From Squalus acanthias (taxonomy: Eukaryota): a stretch of DNA of 64,000 nt. The notes beneath the pieces were generated by a model, which worked only from the letters and a program-made list of their open reading frames with translations, was not told where the DNA came from and searched no databases. Positions 1 to 12,664 of this stretch are shown one piece after another. Position 1 is the first letter of the stretch; each line of letters begins with the position of its first letter. The position numbers and the translations under genes are program-made. Location of the stretch: contig CM059448.1 of the NCBI GenBank assembly GCA_030390025.1, positions 25,544,001 to 25,608,000 on the forward strand, given 5' to 3'.

Positions 1-548
1 CTTTAATCACCAACAAGTTGGATTAATCTGAGCCTTGGACCTTCCATGATCACGCCCCATGACTGACATGACAACGGACAGTGTGTTTATTACAATATTT
101 CAGTTGTCCTGTTTTCATGTTGAAGCTTCTATCTGAAGATTCTATTTAAACTCTTCAAAGTGAATGTAAAGAAAAGTACAACAAACTCCAAACCAGTCAC
201 CATGTTAAATGCAGCTATCTTTACTGGTGATCGAGTCTGTTCTAAATAATTGGCTATGCCTCACTCTCCCCATTGCTGCAATGATTATCCTGTAAGGTAG
301 TACTTTGCCTATCAGGAGTTCTTTGAAAATCAAATCATTAAACAGAATAAACCACAGCAAATTATCCACTGTAATGGAGGAATCTCACATTCAGTGGCCA
401 TTTTTACAAATCAATCTATTGAAAGTAATTATTGTTCCATTTCTGTTAAATTCTGGAATATTTTCTTGAAAACATGAGAACATGCAACTGCAACCAACAC
501 CACCAAAACAGATTAATTGGTCTTTCGTTTCCATATGGAATCGGCTGC

Positions 549-738
549 CTAAGCTCTGGAATTCCCTCCCTAATCCTCTCTGCCTCTCTTTCCTCCCTTA
601 AGACGCTCCTTAAAACCTTCATCTGCCCTAATATCTCCTTATGTGGCTCGGTGTCAAATTTTGTTTTATAATGTTCGTGTGAAGCGCCTTCAGATGTTTT
701 ACTACGTTAAAGGCACTATATAAATACAGGTTGTTGTT
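549..738 (+). mobile_element. L2 LINE 3' end fragment
   Basis: aagctctggaattccctccc...taagacgctccttaaaacc...ctatataaat..gttgttgtt tail; same 3' region as the L2 copy at 38078. Confidence 0.8.
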
Positions 739-860
739 ATGTGCAAAATGGTTGCCACATTTATCTACAAAGCAGAAGTCATTACAGTTCATTTATTGAA
801 ATACTTTGAGATGTTTCTGAGACGTGCAAAGGTGCTATATAAATGCAAGTCTTCCTTTGT
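739..860 (+). mobile_element. Degenerate DeuSINE 3' fragment
   Basis: Matches the 3' part of the full copies (gtgcaaaatggttgcc...aaggtgctatataaatgcaagtctt). Confidence 0.6.
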
Positions 861-3129
861 TTTTGCAGGGGTTAAGTCAGCCTCTCCTACCATCAGATAC
901 CGATACCCTACCCAGTTCCTCTAATGTCATCAAGACCTACTATTAATGCAAAAATATACAAGAGATCATTAGATATAGGAAACCAAAAAAAAATAGAGAG
1001 ACTGAGGATGATTCTCTTTGTAGTGGCTCTTTTGATATGGTTTCTTTTGATCTTTCTCTCCCATTTTTGAAAACCAGTAACGCTATCTTTGCTAATCTTT
1101 CCAGTGTATTCATCAGTTTTTTAATCCTTTGCATGAAGGTACATCATCTCCTATTAAGAAATAAAATAGTCTCAACTAATTTTGGTTTTGTTAAGAGAGG
1201 GCTGCCACTATTTCTTGGTTAAGGAAGTGTAGAAAGGCTCAAAAGAAACTGGATCAAAGAACTTGTCCTTTAAAGGGTAAGTCATTTCTGGACTGTTCAC
1301 TCATCCATGCCTCATTGGTCTTAATAAAGGTATTCTTTCTGCAACAGCCAGGTAAAATCTGATGTATTCTGAGGTTAAAGTAATGCTGTTCAGGAAACCA
1401 ATAGTTCAGTCGGCCTGGGAAAGTGATACTCTGCTATCAACTGTTATTTGATACTAATACTAGGCTGACTTTATCCCTATAACACACAAAAAAAGAGGAA
1501 TTGTTCCAAGTTTAGACAAGCAGCAGGATCTATTACTTGCAGGTACTGCTCTGTCTGGCCCTAGAGACTACTCTAATTGCTTTACATCTGTACAAAGGTT
1601 CCTTGTAATCGGGCTTTCTACCTCCATTTGTCTTCCTTTCAGCCTCTTAGTAAAGGCCTTAATTGGTCTTAGTGGGGCTTTTTCAGTTAGTGCAACTATA
1701 CCTCAGGGCTGAACAAGTACAAGACATTACCTTGGGGGAAGGCCAGGAAAAGACATCAATACTTCATACCTTTAACACTTTAATTAATGTGTTCCAAATA
1801 AGGAATGGACTTTCAGAAATTTCTCTTCTTAAGGGATTTGGAAATGGATCAGTCATTCAGAATTACATGGAATTTTGTAGATTTTCCATTAAACTGTACT
1901 CCAGTCTGGTGTGGTATTTGAAGAGATAAAATTGGGCCTTGTATTGTCAGACTCATGTATTATGTTGCAGTTTGGACCTTTTTATGGTGTTTTAAATCAA
2001 TAGTCTGAAGTAATGAATGGTGTAGATGAATTGCTGCACCCTGTAATTTATGTGTCCCAACTGTTAATTATCAAATAATGCATTTTACTGGCCATTATAC
2101 AGGAAGAATGTGGGATAACTCGCTTGTCAGTGAAACTGTGGTCCACATAATCATTTGAATGCAAGATAATTGCCAATTTTGCTGCTGTCTTTTATTGCAG
2201 GCTTGTTCTGCCATTGCGTAATCAATCACATAAATCTCTCCAGCTTTGTAGCTGTCATTTCTTGACTGGATCTGACTTCCTTACTGTCGTGCTAACTAAT
2301 CTTCCTGTGAATTACCGGCATCATAGAGTAGACATGCAACATAGATTGCTATAATTATTAGTATTAGGAGGGGCAAAACAATATTTTGCCTATTTTCTTT
2401 TTAACTATTTTGGGCGATGCACATGTTAAAGCCTCAACAGGTCCAGGTTCAGAGCAATTACTGTTTAATCTTGTGGGATTATGACCAGTCATGTGATGCA
2501 GCTAATTCAGTCCAGTGGGATTCCTTGGTGTAGCTAGCATTGTTATCTTTAATCTCTCGTGAGGTTTCCTTTTTAACTAAAACAACGGCTGCACAATTCT
2601 AATCAGTGCCATCTTTTTGAAGTGCGGAGTGGAAATATCACTTCAGTACTCTTAAATGAAGTAGACTGTGCCCAGATCTGGTCCCCAGTGAAGCTGCCTT
2701 ATGTTCCCAAGTGTTGTCCTGGAATAAATCAGCTGCAGCGTCAGCTTTAGAGCAAAACTTGGAATGGAAATTAGAGTCCTATCACCAGCACAACCAAATC
2801 ATTCTTTTGACCTTGGGTTTCATACCAGTACATCTCTTGTTTTGTTTCATTGCAGCGTGAGTTGAGCTCTAGGTAATAGAAGTTCACCTTGGCCCTGCAG
2901 TAGGGAACACCTGTGAAGTCATGTGGCTTTGCTACATTGACAACTTTTCGAGGCACCTGTGCGGATGGATTCTAAAGATCAGTATTGTAAGATTTGCAGA
3001 CCTCAGATCTGGACTCTGGACAGCAACCCAGGGTGAACCGTAAAACAGCTGCTCTGCGTATTTTTTTTAATAAAAGAGATCTTTTTCCTTTTTTTCTTTA
3101 CACCTATGGCTGTGACCTGTGCTGGACTG

Positions 3130-3420
3130 CTGTTCCATGGGCAGTGAGTGTCCGCATCCTGTTACACCATAGACGCCATCACAGCTACACCCAATCCGGA
3201 ACTGAGCTGATGTCCATCTGCATGCATTTGTTACAGGGTTAGCTGGATAGTGATGAGGAATAGGAACCCTAACATTTTTTGCTCTAGTTACCCTGGGGAC
3301 TATGGAGATAGTTATAACGTCCCTACTTTCATCCTGGCTGAGATCTGCTAACTCAGCCCAAAGGTCAAACCTCAGCCCTTCTCAGTACTGTACCACCTAC
3401 TGAGCCATCTGGGGCTGGGG
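3130..3420 (-). mobile_element. Old tRNA-headed SINE-like family X, 5' part
   Basis: Minus strand begins ccccagatggctcagtagg (A-box-like). The body gagttagcagatctcagcc...tcactatccag is shared with copies at 30020, 38950, 44085, 51610 and 58765. Confidence 0.55.
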
Positions 3421-3554
3421 ATTGGAAGCTGCATAGAGGTCTTTAACTGGTTTAATTCTGGATTGGTGTTTGTAAACTGCATTCATTTAAACAATTTCAT
3501 TACGCTGAGTTATTACCATGATTTTAACAGTTCATTATAGTACCACAAGCAGTA

Positions 3555-5160
3555 TGAACAACAACTTGTACTTATTTAGACTTTTAACAGGCTGCCAACT
3601 CTGCTTCACCAGAGAGGCAAAAGAAGTGGCTGTAGAGAGGGAGGTGGATAGGAGGCCATGTTCAAAGGACCAGAGGGGATATAAGGGTGCAGAAGGTTGG
3701 GGACAAGGCCATGGAGGTATTTGTAGCTGAGAATGAATATTTAAATTCAGTGCGTTGGGAACAGGGAGCTAGTGTAGATCAGCGAGAACAAGGTTGAAAG
3801 GCGATTGGGGTTTAGTGTGAGACAGGATGCAGGCAGCAGGGTTTTTGGAGCTTATGAAGGGTCCAAATTTGGAGAAATTGAGTTCAGAGATGATGAGGTT
3901 GTGGGAAAGGGTTTGGGCAACCGTTATGCGTCAGGTAAGGCAGTGGTGGTCAATGTTGCAAAGGTGGACATTAGCTGGCTTGGTGATAGAATATGGGGCT
4001 TGAAACTCTGATCAGAATTGAGCATAACACTTGATCAAGATCAAGTAGCCAGGGAAGGGGTGTAGTCAGTGGAAACAATGTGGAGTTTTTCCTTTGGAAC
4101 CAAAAATGATGGTTTTGGCCATTCCAATGTTGATTGGAGGAAACTCTGGCACATCCGTGACTTAATATCAGTCAGGCAGACTATTAGCAAAGAGGCCATT
4201 GTGGGATTGAGAGATTTTGGTGGGGGTAACTCTGGGTGTCATTAGCATACATATGGAAGCTGAACCCCATGCTTCAGGATGGTTTCACTAAGGGGCAGCA
4301 TGTAGATGAGGAGGAACGGGCTCAGGATGCGTACTTGGGAAACTCATGAGTTCACCAAAGGGAGTGGGAGAAGAAGCCATTGCTGGAGATAGACTGCTAG
4401 ACATTGACCTGTTGCTTGGGGAGCAGTAGGATGGAGCCACATAAAGGCAGTCTCAAGGAAGTGAAACATCAAGGAGAGGCGGTGGAGCAGCATGGTGTGA
4501 TCGTCCTTGTCAAATGCCACAGAGAGGCCGAGGAGGACAAGAAGGTATAATGACAACGATTGCAATCACAGAGGATATCATTGATGACTTTGATTCGGGC
4601 GGTCTTGATGCTGTGAGCTGGGGAGAAACCTGAGTGAAGGGTTTCAAACAAGGAGTTGTGGAACAGATCCGCCCACAGCTGGGAGGCTGTAAAGAAAAAG
4701 AAGAACTTGCATTTATATAGCACCTTTCATGACCTCCGGATTTCTCAAAACGCTTCATAGCCATGAAGTACTTTTGAAGTATAGTCACTGTTATGTAGGG
4801 AAATGTAGCAGCCAATTTGCGCACAGCAATGTCCCACAAACTGCAATGCGATGAATTACCAGATAATCTGGTTTTGGGGGTGTTGGCCAGGACACCATGG
4901 GATCTGTTACGTCCACCTGAGAGGGAAATTGGTGGCCCCGGTTAAATGTCTCAACCAAAAGACAGCAACTCAAGCAGTGCTGCACTCCCTCAGTGGTGCA
5001 CTGAAGTGTCAGCCTAGATTATGTGATCAAGTTTCTGGAATGGGGCTTGAACTCACAACCTTCTGACTCAGAGGCCAGAATGCTAAGGCTGACACCTATT
5101 CAAGGCCTTCGTGGGGGAAAGAAAAGTTAAAGATGGGGTGATAGTTGGGTGAAGACTGAA
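3555..5160 (-). mobile_element. Degenerate L2 LINE ORF2/3' relic, interrupted by a DeuSINE
   Basis: Minus-strand translation LLVLLGLSVAFDKDDHTMLLHRL resembles the L2 RT motif LLDLSAAFDTVDH; L2 tail aacaacaacttg at ~3557; L2-like sequence resumes after 5097. Confidence 0.75.
4690..5097 (-). mobile_element. DeuSINE (SacSINE1-like tRNA-derived SINE)
   Basis: Reverse complement of the 45812 copy: tRNA head, Deu-like core, L2-like tail. Confidence 0.85.
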
Positions 5161-6611
5161 ATATATAGAGAAGAATATGAATGTTTGAAATATCCAACCT
5201 TTACAGTCCAATTAATATGTGCCAGCAGGGATTTCTGGATCTTCAAGTCAGAAATCAAAGACAGTTATGTCCATTCATGAGTACTGTGCTTTAAAACTAA
5301 CAATTTTGGACAGTCTCAAAGCCATAGTTTTTAATCGTGAAGTGTTTCTCTGAATATTTGACACTGCCCCAAAGCATTGCAGTCAGAAAAGCTTTGGCTT
5401 GTATATTCAGTATAGCACCATGTTCCAAACTGACTGCCGCTCATACGCTGGAAAAAGGTCTGAGTGAAACCGCTAAAAAGGTAAAGTATTTGTGTTTGAT
5501 GCAGAAGAGGAGATTGATGGGCACAAACAATGCATTTCAGTGGTGTTAAGTGGCAATGATATATAAGAAAACAAACCAAAGAGTGGCATTTCTCAATGTG
5601 TTGCCACCTTTTCTGCCTTTTCCACTTGGAACTCCATACCATCGTAAGTATCTTGACTAATTACCCATGTTCTTTTATCTGATGTAGGGTTGTTATTTCC
5701 TTTTAAACTATCCGTCACTGCATTCAGCACTAAGACTCTTAAATCTGTTCACACTAAGAATGTGGAGCATGAATTGATGCCTGTTCCAACCTGGAATCTA
5801 TTAGGAGCGGTTTTATTACCTGCTCTAGGTTTTGAGAGAGCAACTGCCCCATGATTATATTATCTTCTAAGTGTGCAAAAGACCAAGACTTCATTTTCCA
5901 CATCAACATCCTTCAAAGGGTCTACAGGAGAGTGGAGGTTCAGGACTGTAAAAACTATTTAATTCCTCTTGTATTGAAACAACATTTCTTCAGCCTTAAA
6001 AATGATTGTACACTGACCAGAAATCTCACCAGCCCAAATGTGCTGCAAGTGCTTCCTGTGACATGTTTTACATCATCACTCTGATGCACTCAACCCCACA
6101 GCATTTTTTAAAAGGCCATTGTAGGAGGCAAGAGAACTGTAGCCGATTAGGAGATGCAAAGAAAAGTAGGCCTCAATTGCGAAGAAACCAGCCCCACGAA
6201 CAGGTTAAAATAAGGTCAACACTATAATCTGTTCTGTATTTCATATTCAAGAAACATCTTATCATTCACAAATGAACCAGCCACAAATTAGTTATCCATG
6301 TCACCACAGTCCTGAAAAGATGCACATGTCCTGTTACTGTATTGAATGGCCATGTTCCTGCTGCTTTTTGAAACCTACTGGGAGTGATTTCATGAGGTAG
6401 TAGATCGGAAAAAAACTGGCCACTGCTCCCAACTGCCCCTGCAGGAAGGGCAAACGTAGGAGCTTCTGGGACAGTGATGGGCATTTTTTTTGTGAAGAAT
6501 TTCCTTTTGGATGAGCGGTTGGCCTGTGGAACTCTGCACCAGCATGACTCTCTCAGGAGCGAAGGAAAGAAAATTCGAGGGGGGAATAAACAAAAAGCCA
6601 GACATGTAATT

Positions 6612-6652
6612 AAAGTTCTGACGAAAGGTCTTCGACCTGAAACGTTAACTCT
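6612..6652 (+). ncRNA. Minimal type I hammerhead ribozyme motif
   Basis: AGTT-CTGACGA-A-AGGTC(TTC)GACCT-GAAA-CGTT-AACT: CUGANGA and GAAA cores, 5-bp stem II, palindromic ACGU stem III, AGTT/AACT stem I. This is the architecture known from Penelope-like elements. Confidence 0.7.
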
Positions 6653-6745
6653 GTTTCTCTCTCCACGGATGCTGCCTGGCCTGCTGAGTTTTTCCAGCGT
6701 TTTCTGTTGTTATTTCGGATTTCCAGCATCCGCAGTATTTTGCTA
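6618..6745 (+). mobile_element. Penelope-like terminal-repeat mini-element with 14-bp TSD
   Basis: Flanked by the exact direct repeat ATGTAATTAAAGTT (6604-6617 and 6746-6759). The body gatgctgcctggcctgctgag...ttccagcatccgcagtattttgc recurs at 7326, 8311 and 23921. Confidence 0.8.
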
Positions 6746-7325
6746 ATGTAATTAAAGTTATTTACTGTGACCTCTTGCTTGTATGAGATCACGCGTTTCT
6801 GGGGAGCAGGCTGGTTGAATCAGAACAATGGTGGGGAGGGGGATTGACCATCCGACTCGTCTCTGTAAAGAATGTAAATTTTTTGAATAATTGATGCACG
6901 TTCTTTATTCTTTAATTTATGTTCCACAAAAAGAATTTAGAGCTTTCACCATCACTGCACTGATGGACTTTTCCAATTTACAGTGACATTTGCATGTCTG
7001 CATGTAATTATATTCATCACATTTTGACTAGTTTCCGAATCATTTTCACAAGCTTCTCATCAACGATCTTTTGATGAGTTCTTTTCTTTTTTTCTGCAAG
7101 CATTGTTCAGTGTCTAATTATATTTGCATTACTACTTTCGAGAAATAAAAGACTGTTGATTTTTTTCCTCTGACAGTGATCAGTATATCGCTGTGCCAGC
7201 AATATTTTCATACTTTGCAAAGTTTTTCAGTAACGCACGCACAGCCAATCTTTCCAATTACTGGGCACCACTGTACGTTTACAGGATGCATAGCAGGAAT
7301 GGGAACAGCTCAGGAAATAAGTCAG

Positions 7326-7395
7326 CAACTCTGTTTCTCTCTCCACAGATGCTGCCTGATGTGCTGAATATTTCTGGTATTTTCTGTCTTTATTT
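7326..7395 (+). mobile_element. Truncated Penelope-like terminal-repeat fragment
   Basis: aactctgtttctctctccacagatgctgcctga matches the 6618 element; ribozyme core missing. Confidence 0.65.
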
Positions 7396-7476
7396 TAAAC
7401 ACTATTTGTCCCTATTTATTCAGCAGGATTAAGGGGTAATTCAGGTGACTGTTTCATTAATATGTGGAAAAATAAG

Positions 7477-7790
7477 ATCTCCTCCAGCCCTACAAACCCC
7501 CACCCCACCACCACCCCCCCGAGATCTCTGCACTCCTCCAAGTCTGGCCTCTTGAGCATCCTCGATTTAATTGCTCCACCATTGGCAGTCATGCCTTCAG
7601 CTCCCTCCCTAAACCTCTCCGCCTCTCTTCCCTCCTATAAGACGCTCCTTAAAACCTACCTCTTTGACTGAGCTTTTGGTCATCTGCCCTAATATGTGGC
7701 TCGGTGTCAAATTTTGTTTGATAACGTTTGATAAGCGCCTTGGGACGTTTTACTATATTAAAGGCACTATATAAATGCAAGTTGTTGTTC
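7477..7790 (+). mobile_element. L2 LINE 3' end fragment
   Basis: atctcctccagccctacaa...taaaacctacctctttgac...tataaatgcaagttgttgtt. Confidence 0.8.
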
Positions 7791-8310
7791 CTTAAACCCA
7801 GTTTTTCAGCGATCATAACTGAAATTAAACATGGGTATTTTAATCCGTGTACAGGCCATATTTAATTAAATTGGATCTACAAGGCACATCTGCATAATGA
7901 AATGAATAGAAGTGCAGCTCTGCAGTACAGTCCATTAGTGTATTAACACGCAGTTGCGTTTGTGCTAATAATTCCCCAGTCACTGCGTATTTCCCTTCAT
8001 ACCACATGAATGAGTTTTCTATCAATGGCTTATTGGCATCAAATGCCCTTCTTAGAAACACTGTCCAATATTAGGGTCTATCCCAACTCTCATCTATCTC
8101 CTGGCTTGCTCATCACCTCATCTGATTCTCTTCTCTTCTCGCACTTCATCCTGAATATTTTCCCTCATTTTCAATCACTCCTTAGATAGCCTGAGCAGTC
8201 AACATACCATGGATGGATAACAGCAGTAGTACTTAAGCATCTGCAGGTTCACCTTTGCATGAAAAAGTTACAGTTCCATACAATTTTTAAACCTTTACCA
8301 ATTTTGCCTC

Positions 8311-8395
8311 CTCTGTTTCTCGCTCCCCAGATGCTGCCTGACCTGCTGAGTATTTTCAGCATTTTCTGTTTTTGTTTCAGATTTCCAGCATTGCT
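8311..8395 (+). mobile_element. Truncated Penelope-like terminal-repeat fragment
   Basis: ctctgtttctc...gatgctgcctgacctgctgag...gatttccagca as in the 6618 element. Confidence 0.65.
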
Positions 8396-8563
8396 TCTGT
8401 ATAAGTCAGTTTAAAATGTTGATTTTTGGGAACTGTGTATCTGGATTCATGACAGTACTTTGTCTAGTGACCAAATCTTGTTATACTGGCCACCATTTGT
8501 CGTAATCAGTCCCTCGTAGTTATCAAAATGTACTTTCCAAAACCATAACCCGTATGATACTGT

Positions 8564-9431
8564 GGGCTGGATTTTACCAGCTGAGACGAGTTGGGAGGCG
8601 GGACTGCTGCCTTCTGGGTTCTAGTCCCGCCCCCAGCGACATCCGACGCACAGACGCTATTTTCCCCTGATTGGCATTGTTGAGCCCGCCCTGCGGGCTT
8701 GCTGGCCAATTAAGGGAAAGCCGGTGTCAGATGATGTCAGTTGATGATGCTTCATCTGCTGGTTTTTTTAAAGGGACATGAAGCATTTATTTTTGACAGA
8801 TGATTTGACAGTTTTTGACAGCATTGAGGTGCTGTCAAACACTGACAATCACTGTACAAAGGTGAGCCCTTGCATCCAAGCTCTCCAATGACTCTCTCCT
8901 TAGGATAAAACAGATGGCAGCTGCAGGTGAGGGTACAGAAGCGATCTGTCACTTCTCCCAATGAGGTGAGGCCACACAAACACTTCAAAGCTTGTCACCT
9001 ACAGAAAAATCTAAACACATTAAAAATGACTTTCCCAACATTTCCTTACCTCTGATACTCACCAGTGTCCCATTGCATCCTTCACACCACTCCTGCAGCT
9101 GTCATCTATGCACAAACATTACAACAGACCCACAGCACGCCTCACTTACCCTGACGGGGTTGCCCGACATCGGGAAGCCCGCAGCAGAAGTCTCAAAATG
9201 GGAAAAAGCCTTTTAACTGCCTGTTAACTACTTGTTAACAGGTAGTTAAGTGGCAGTAATCCTCTTCCTGCCTCTAGGAGTCGGGACCCTGCACAAATCG
9301 GGGACCCGACTCCCGGGAAGATTGGTTGGAGGCGGGTTGGGAGTGGGTTCGGGACCCGCTCCCATTCTTTTTGATTTTCCCAGCAGTCGCACCTCCAGAC
9401 CCGCCTCCTCAGGGCTGGTAAAATCCAGCCC
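8564..9431 (+). mobile_element. Non-autonomous DNA transposon, family B (PIF/Harbinger-type MITE)
   Basis: Perfect 18-bp TIR GGGCTGGATTTTACCAGC...GCTGGTAAAATCCAGCCC; flanks tgt/tat; homologous to the copies at 11692 and 15351. Confidence 0.85.
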
Positions 9432-9639
9432 TATGTTTCTGCAAACATTGACAGTGATCATTGAAGTTCAGTTGAACTGGTGACTCTGGTGGCAGTTCCC
9501 CACTGTTGAAAGACAATTGCCTCTGTTGTAATATTATAAATCTGCACAACTTGATATATAAATGGGTAATGACATTGCTAATGGGCTGTCAATCCTCTTC
9601 AGCTAACATTAACTGATTAACTACATTACAACATTCCTG

Positions 9640-9745
9640 CTTTATAACAGTGACTACACTTCAAAAGTGCTTAATTCACTGTAAAGCACTTTGGAATGTC
9701 CTGAGGTCATGAAAGGCGATATATAAATGCAAGTATTTATTTCTT
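9640..9745 (+). mobile_element. DeuSINE 3' tail fragment
   Basis: acagtgactacacttcaaaag...gaaaggcgatatataaatgcaag. Confidence 0.7.
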
Positions 9746-9986
9746 CAACTATAATGGATCCTGAAGGTTGCACAATTGATGGCTTTTATATCGATTTTTG
9801 TGTTTAAACCATGCCTGCGATCGGGAAGCCCTAGTTTAAAAGTGAATCCCAGCATCAGTCTTGGCGAACACGTTGGGCAGGAGTTTCCGCGAGGTTGCAC
9901 TTTTTTCCTTTCAGCGCAATTCGGCCACACCAGACCAAAAGATCGCAAAATTTCAAGTGCAATTTACAGCCAGCCCCGCCCACAAA

Positions 9987-9990
<4 letters not shown>

Positions 9991-10023
<33 letters not shown>
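9991..10023. repeat. Poly-C homopolymer (33 nt)
   Basis: Read directly; lies in a CpG-rich, probably transposon-derived stretch. Confidence 0.9.
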
Positions 10024-10024
<1 letters not shown>

Positions 10025-10150
10025 ATCGAATTATCACCAGTGCGAATTGCGTCCGTTTGCGGGCCTTCGAGGAGGCTCATAAAATTAAGCCTTTTTTTTT
10101 AGGCGCAAGGACATTAATGGTCACATTTTGAAAGCTTTTAAATATATAAT

Positions 10151-10885
10151 GGCCCCGAAATTAGGCTCCCTGGCTTCCCACGGGTGCAAGGATCCCGCGC
10201 GCACCTACCTACCACGCCTGCCGTTGACCTCTGGGCCCACGGGCACTTCAGCTCCTGGGCCTCCTGCAGCTGCCGGCGCGCAGTGCTTGTGTATCCCAGG
10301 GGCGTAGTTAGTGCGATGCGTCCCCATGGATCACGTGGGCCATGGAGAGCCAATGGCAGCAGACCATCTTTCATTCATAGATTTGACAGGAAGACCTGTC
10401 AAATCTATGAATTGAAATCAGCCCCAAAACAAAACCTAAACTTCAAATAAATTAAAAAAAGCATCACATTTTTAAAATAACTATAAGTTAAATAAATTAA
10501 CTACTTTAAACAAAAATTTAAATTTTTGAAAAAATTTAAATACTTTTTAACAGTGCTAAAAATAAACTTACCTTTCTTTAAAGTATCTAAAAAAGATAAA
10601 CCTGTTGAAAAAAAAATTAAATTGTAATTAATTAACCACTTACCTTGTTGAAAACGGGTCTTGCGCCTCCTTTTTAAAAGTGCACCTTCTTCCATACTTA
10701 CCCTCCTGGAGAAACCTGAAAAAAAAACTAAGTTCGCTGCGTGCGCGCTGCCTCTACCGCGCACGCAGTTCACCTCTGAACCTCCCCCTTCACGAGACCG
10801 GAAGTTCCGGTTTCCCGTGCATGCGCAGTGCATGCAGGAAACCGGCACTTCAGGAGGCCTTACGGGTGAGTACACAGCGCATTAT
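10151..10885 (+). mobile_element. Non-autonomous DNA transposon, family A (right TIR lost)
   Basis: Starts aat|GGCCCCGAAATTA; collinear with the 28138 and 54770 copies, including the AT-rich core and the GCCGGTTTCC..GGAAACCGGC-type hairpin. Confidence 0.8.
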
Positions 10886-11691
10886 TAATTTACCAAGAAA
10901 CTGACTATTGTATACCAATGTAGCTAGTAAATGGTTCTGTATAGTTTTTTAAAGTCTTTGTCAGTTATTTAAAATCTGGTTACTCACAGGTGGTGAACTA
11001 TAGACACTGATTTAAAAATGCTTATTGTTTGTGATCAACCTATTTTCAGCTGTATTAATTAAACTGCACCAGGTTACCACTCTTAAATATATCACGGAAT
11101 ATTTTACAATGTAAATTTTTTAAAAAAAATTTACATTGAGACACTGCCCGATTGTGCTGGTTCATGGAAGATTTTATGTTCAGTGATATGCAAATGAGTG
11201 AGCGGAAGTGCAAGAGAAAAAAAATCACTTCTTAAAACTAGAGTAATTTTGAGCGCAATTTGCACCCAGATCACTGATTGCGCCCAAAGCGGACACTCTC
11301 GACCACTAGTACGTTTACTTTGGGGTTTCCTGCTAGTTGTGAAAGACCCATGCACCAGGAGTTGGTGACACGAGCATAGTGTGAAGCCATTATAAAAGCT
11401 CTAATGATTGCACTGCTGAGCAGTGCTACTTAGCAATCAACAGTACTTTAAACAGTTGCTCAGTGCCACGCTCAGAATTATCGTGGGTCAAGAGCAATGA
11501 ATCAAACACAACAAAGCTTTAATTTCAGAACAAGGTTTTGGCAGAGCAAGAAGTAATGCTCTTATCTAAGGGAATGGGACTGAGGGAGTTGGAGCTGGGG
11601 AGTAGTTGGTCTATAAAGGTATTTCTGAAACATTTAATACCAGATACCCTTTGCCAAACACCTGAACTGAGATGGTTGTTTGGATTACAAT

Positions 11692-12395
11692 GGGCTGGAT
11701 TTTCTCAATGAAGACGCGTTGGGGGCAGTTTTCAGTCCCGCCCCCAACGACGCCCAGCCAACACATGCTATTTTCCCTTGAATGACCTTGTTAAGCCCGC
11801 CCTGCGGGCTTAGCCAGCCAATTAAGGGAAAGCCGGTGACAGAGGACGTCAGTGTATGACGTTTCATCTGTCTCAAATTTTTGACAGATGAATTGTCAGC
11901 GTTTGACAACTTAGAGAAGCTGTCAAACACTGACAATCTCTGTTCTAAGGTGAGCCCTTGCACAAAGACTCACCAGAACCTATTTCCTCAGCAGAAATCA
12001 GATGGCTGCTGCATCTGAGAATGCAGCAGCCATTCTGTCACCTCTGCCGTTGAGATGAGGCACCTCTGGATCTCCAAGGGTTGAAGCCTGCAGGAAGAAA
12101 CAAAGGTAAGGAAACTTTTTCTAACACTTTACACTCACCTCTCATACTTACCTGTCCACACTTGCACCCATCACTCACCTCCACAGCGGACTTTTTGACC
12201 CCTCTCACCCCCACTGACCCACTGCTCGCCTCGCTGACCCAGGCGAGGTTCGCAGCCGTCGGGAAGCCCGCACTTGCAGGGGTAAAATGGGGATAAGCCT
12301 CAAAACTGCCTGTTAACTACCTCTTAACAGGCAGTTAATTGGCTCTAATCCCTCTCCCACCTCAAGGAGATGGGTCCCTGCGCGAGTCGACCCAT
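11692..12395 (+). mobile_element. Family B MITE, right end truncated at a SINE
   Basis: aat|GGGCTGGATTTT start; closely similar to the reverse complement of 15351-16165. Confidence 0.85.
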
Positions 12396-12399
12396 GGGT

Positions 12400-12652
12400 C
12401 CAGATAATCTGTTTTTTAGTAATGCTTATATATTGGCCAGGACAATGGGCAGAATTTCTCTGCTCTTCTTCGAAATAGTGCCATGGGATTTTTTACATCC
12501 ACCTGAGAGGGCAGATGGGGCCTCGGTTTAACGTCTCATTAGAAAGACAGCACCTCTGACAGTGCAGCACTCCCTCAGTAGTCTGTAGTGGGACTTGAAC
12601 CCATGACAATCTGACTCATAGACGAGAGTGCTACCAACTGAGCCACAGCTAA
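12400..12652 (-). mobile_element. DeuSINE (internally deleted)
   Basis: Deu core ccatgggatttttta...gggcctcggtttaacgtctc and tRNA head on the minus strand. Confidence 0.8.
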
Positions 12653-12664
12653 TCTAGCAATATA

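Noticed and set aside
9776-10131. Poly-proline/poly-glycine ORFs
   Set aside because: Produced by the C33 homopolymer.
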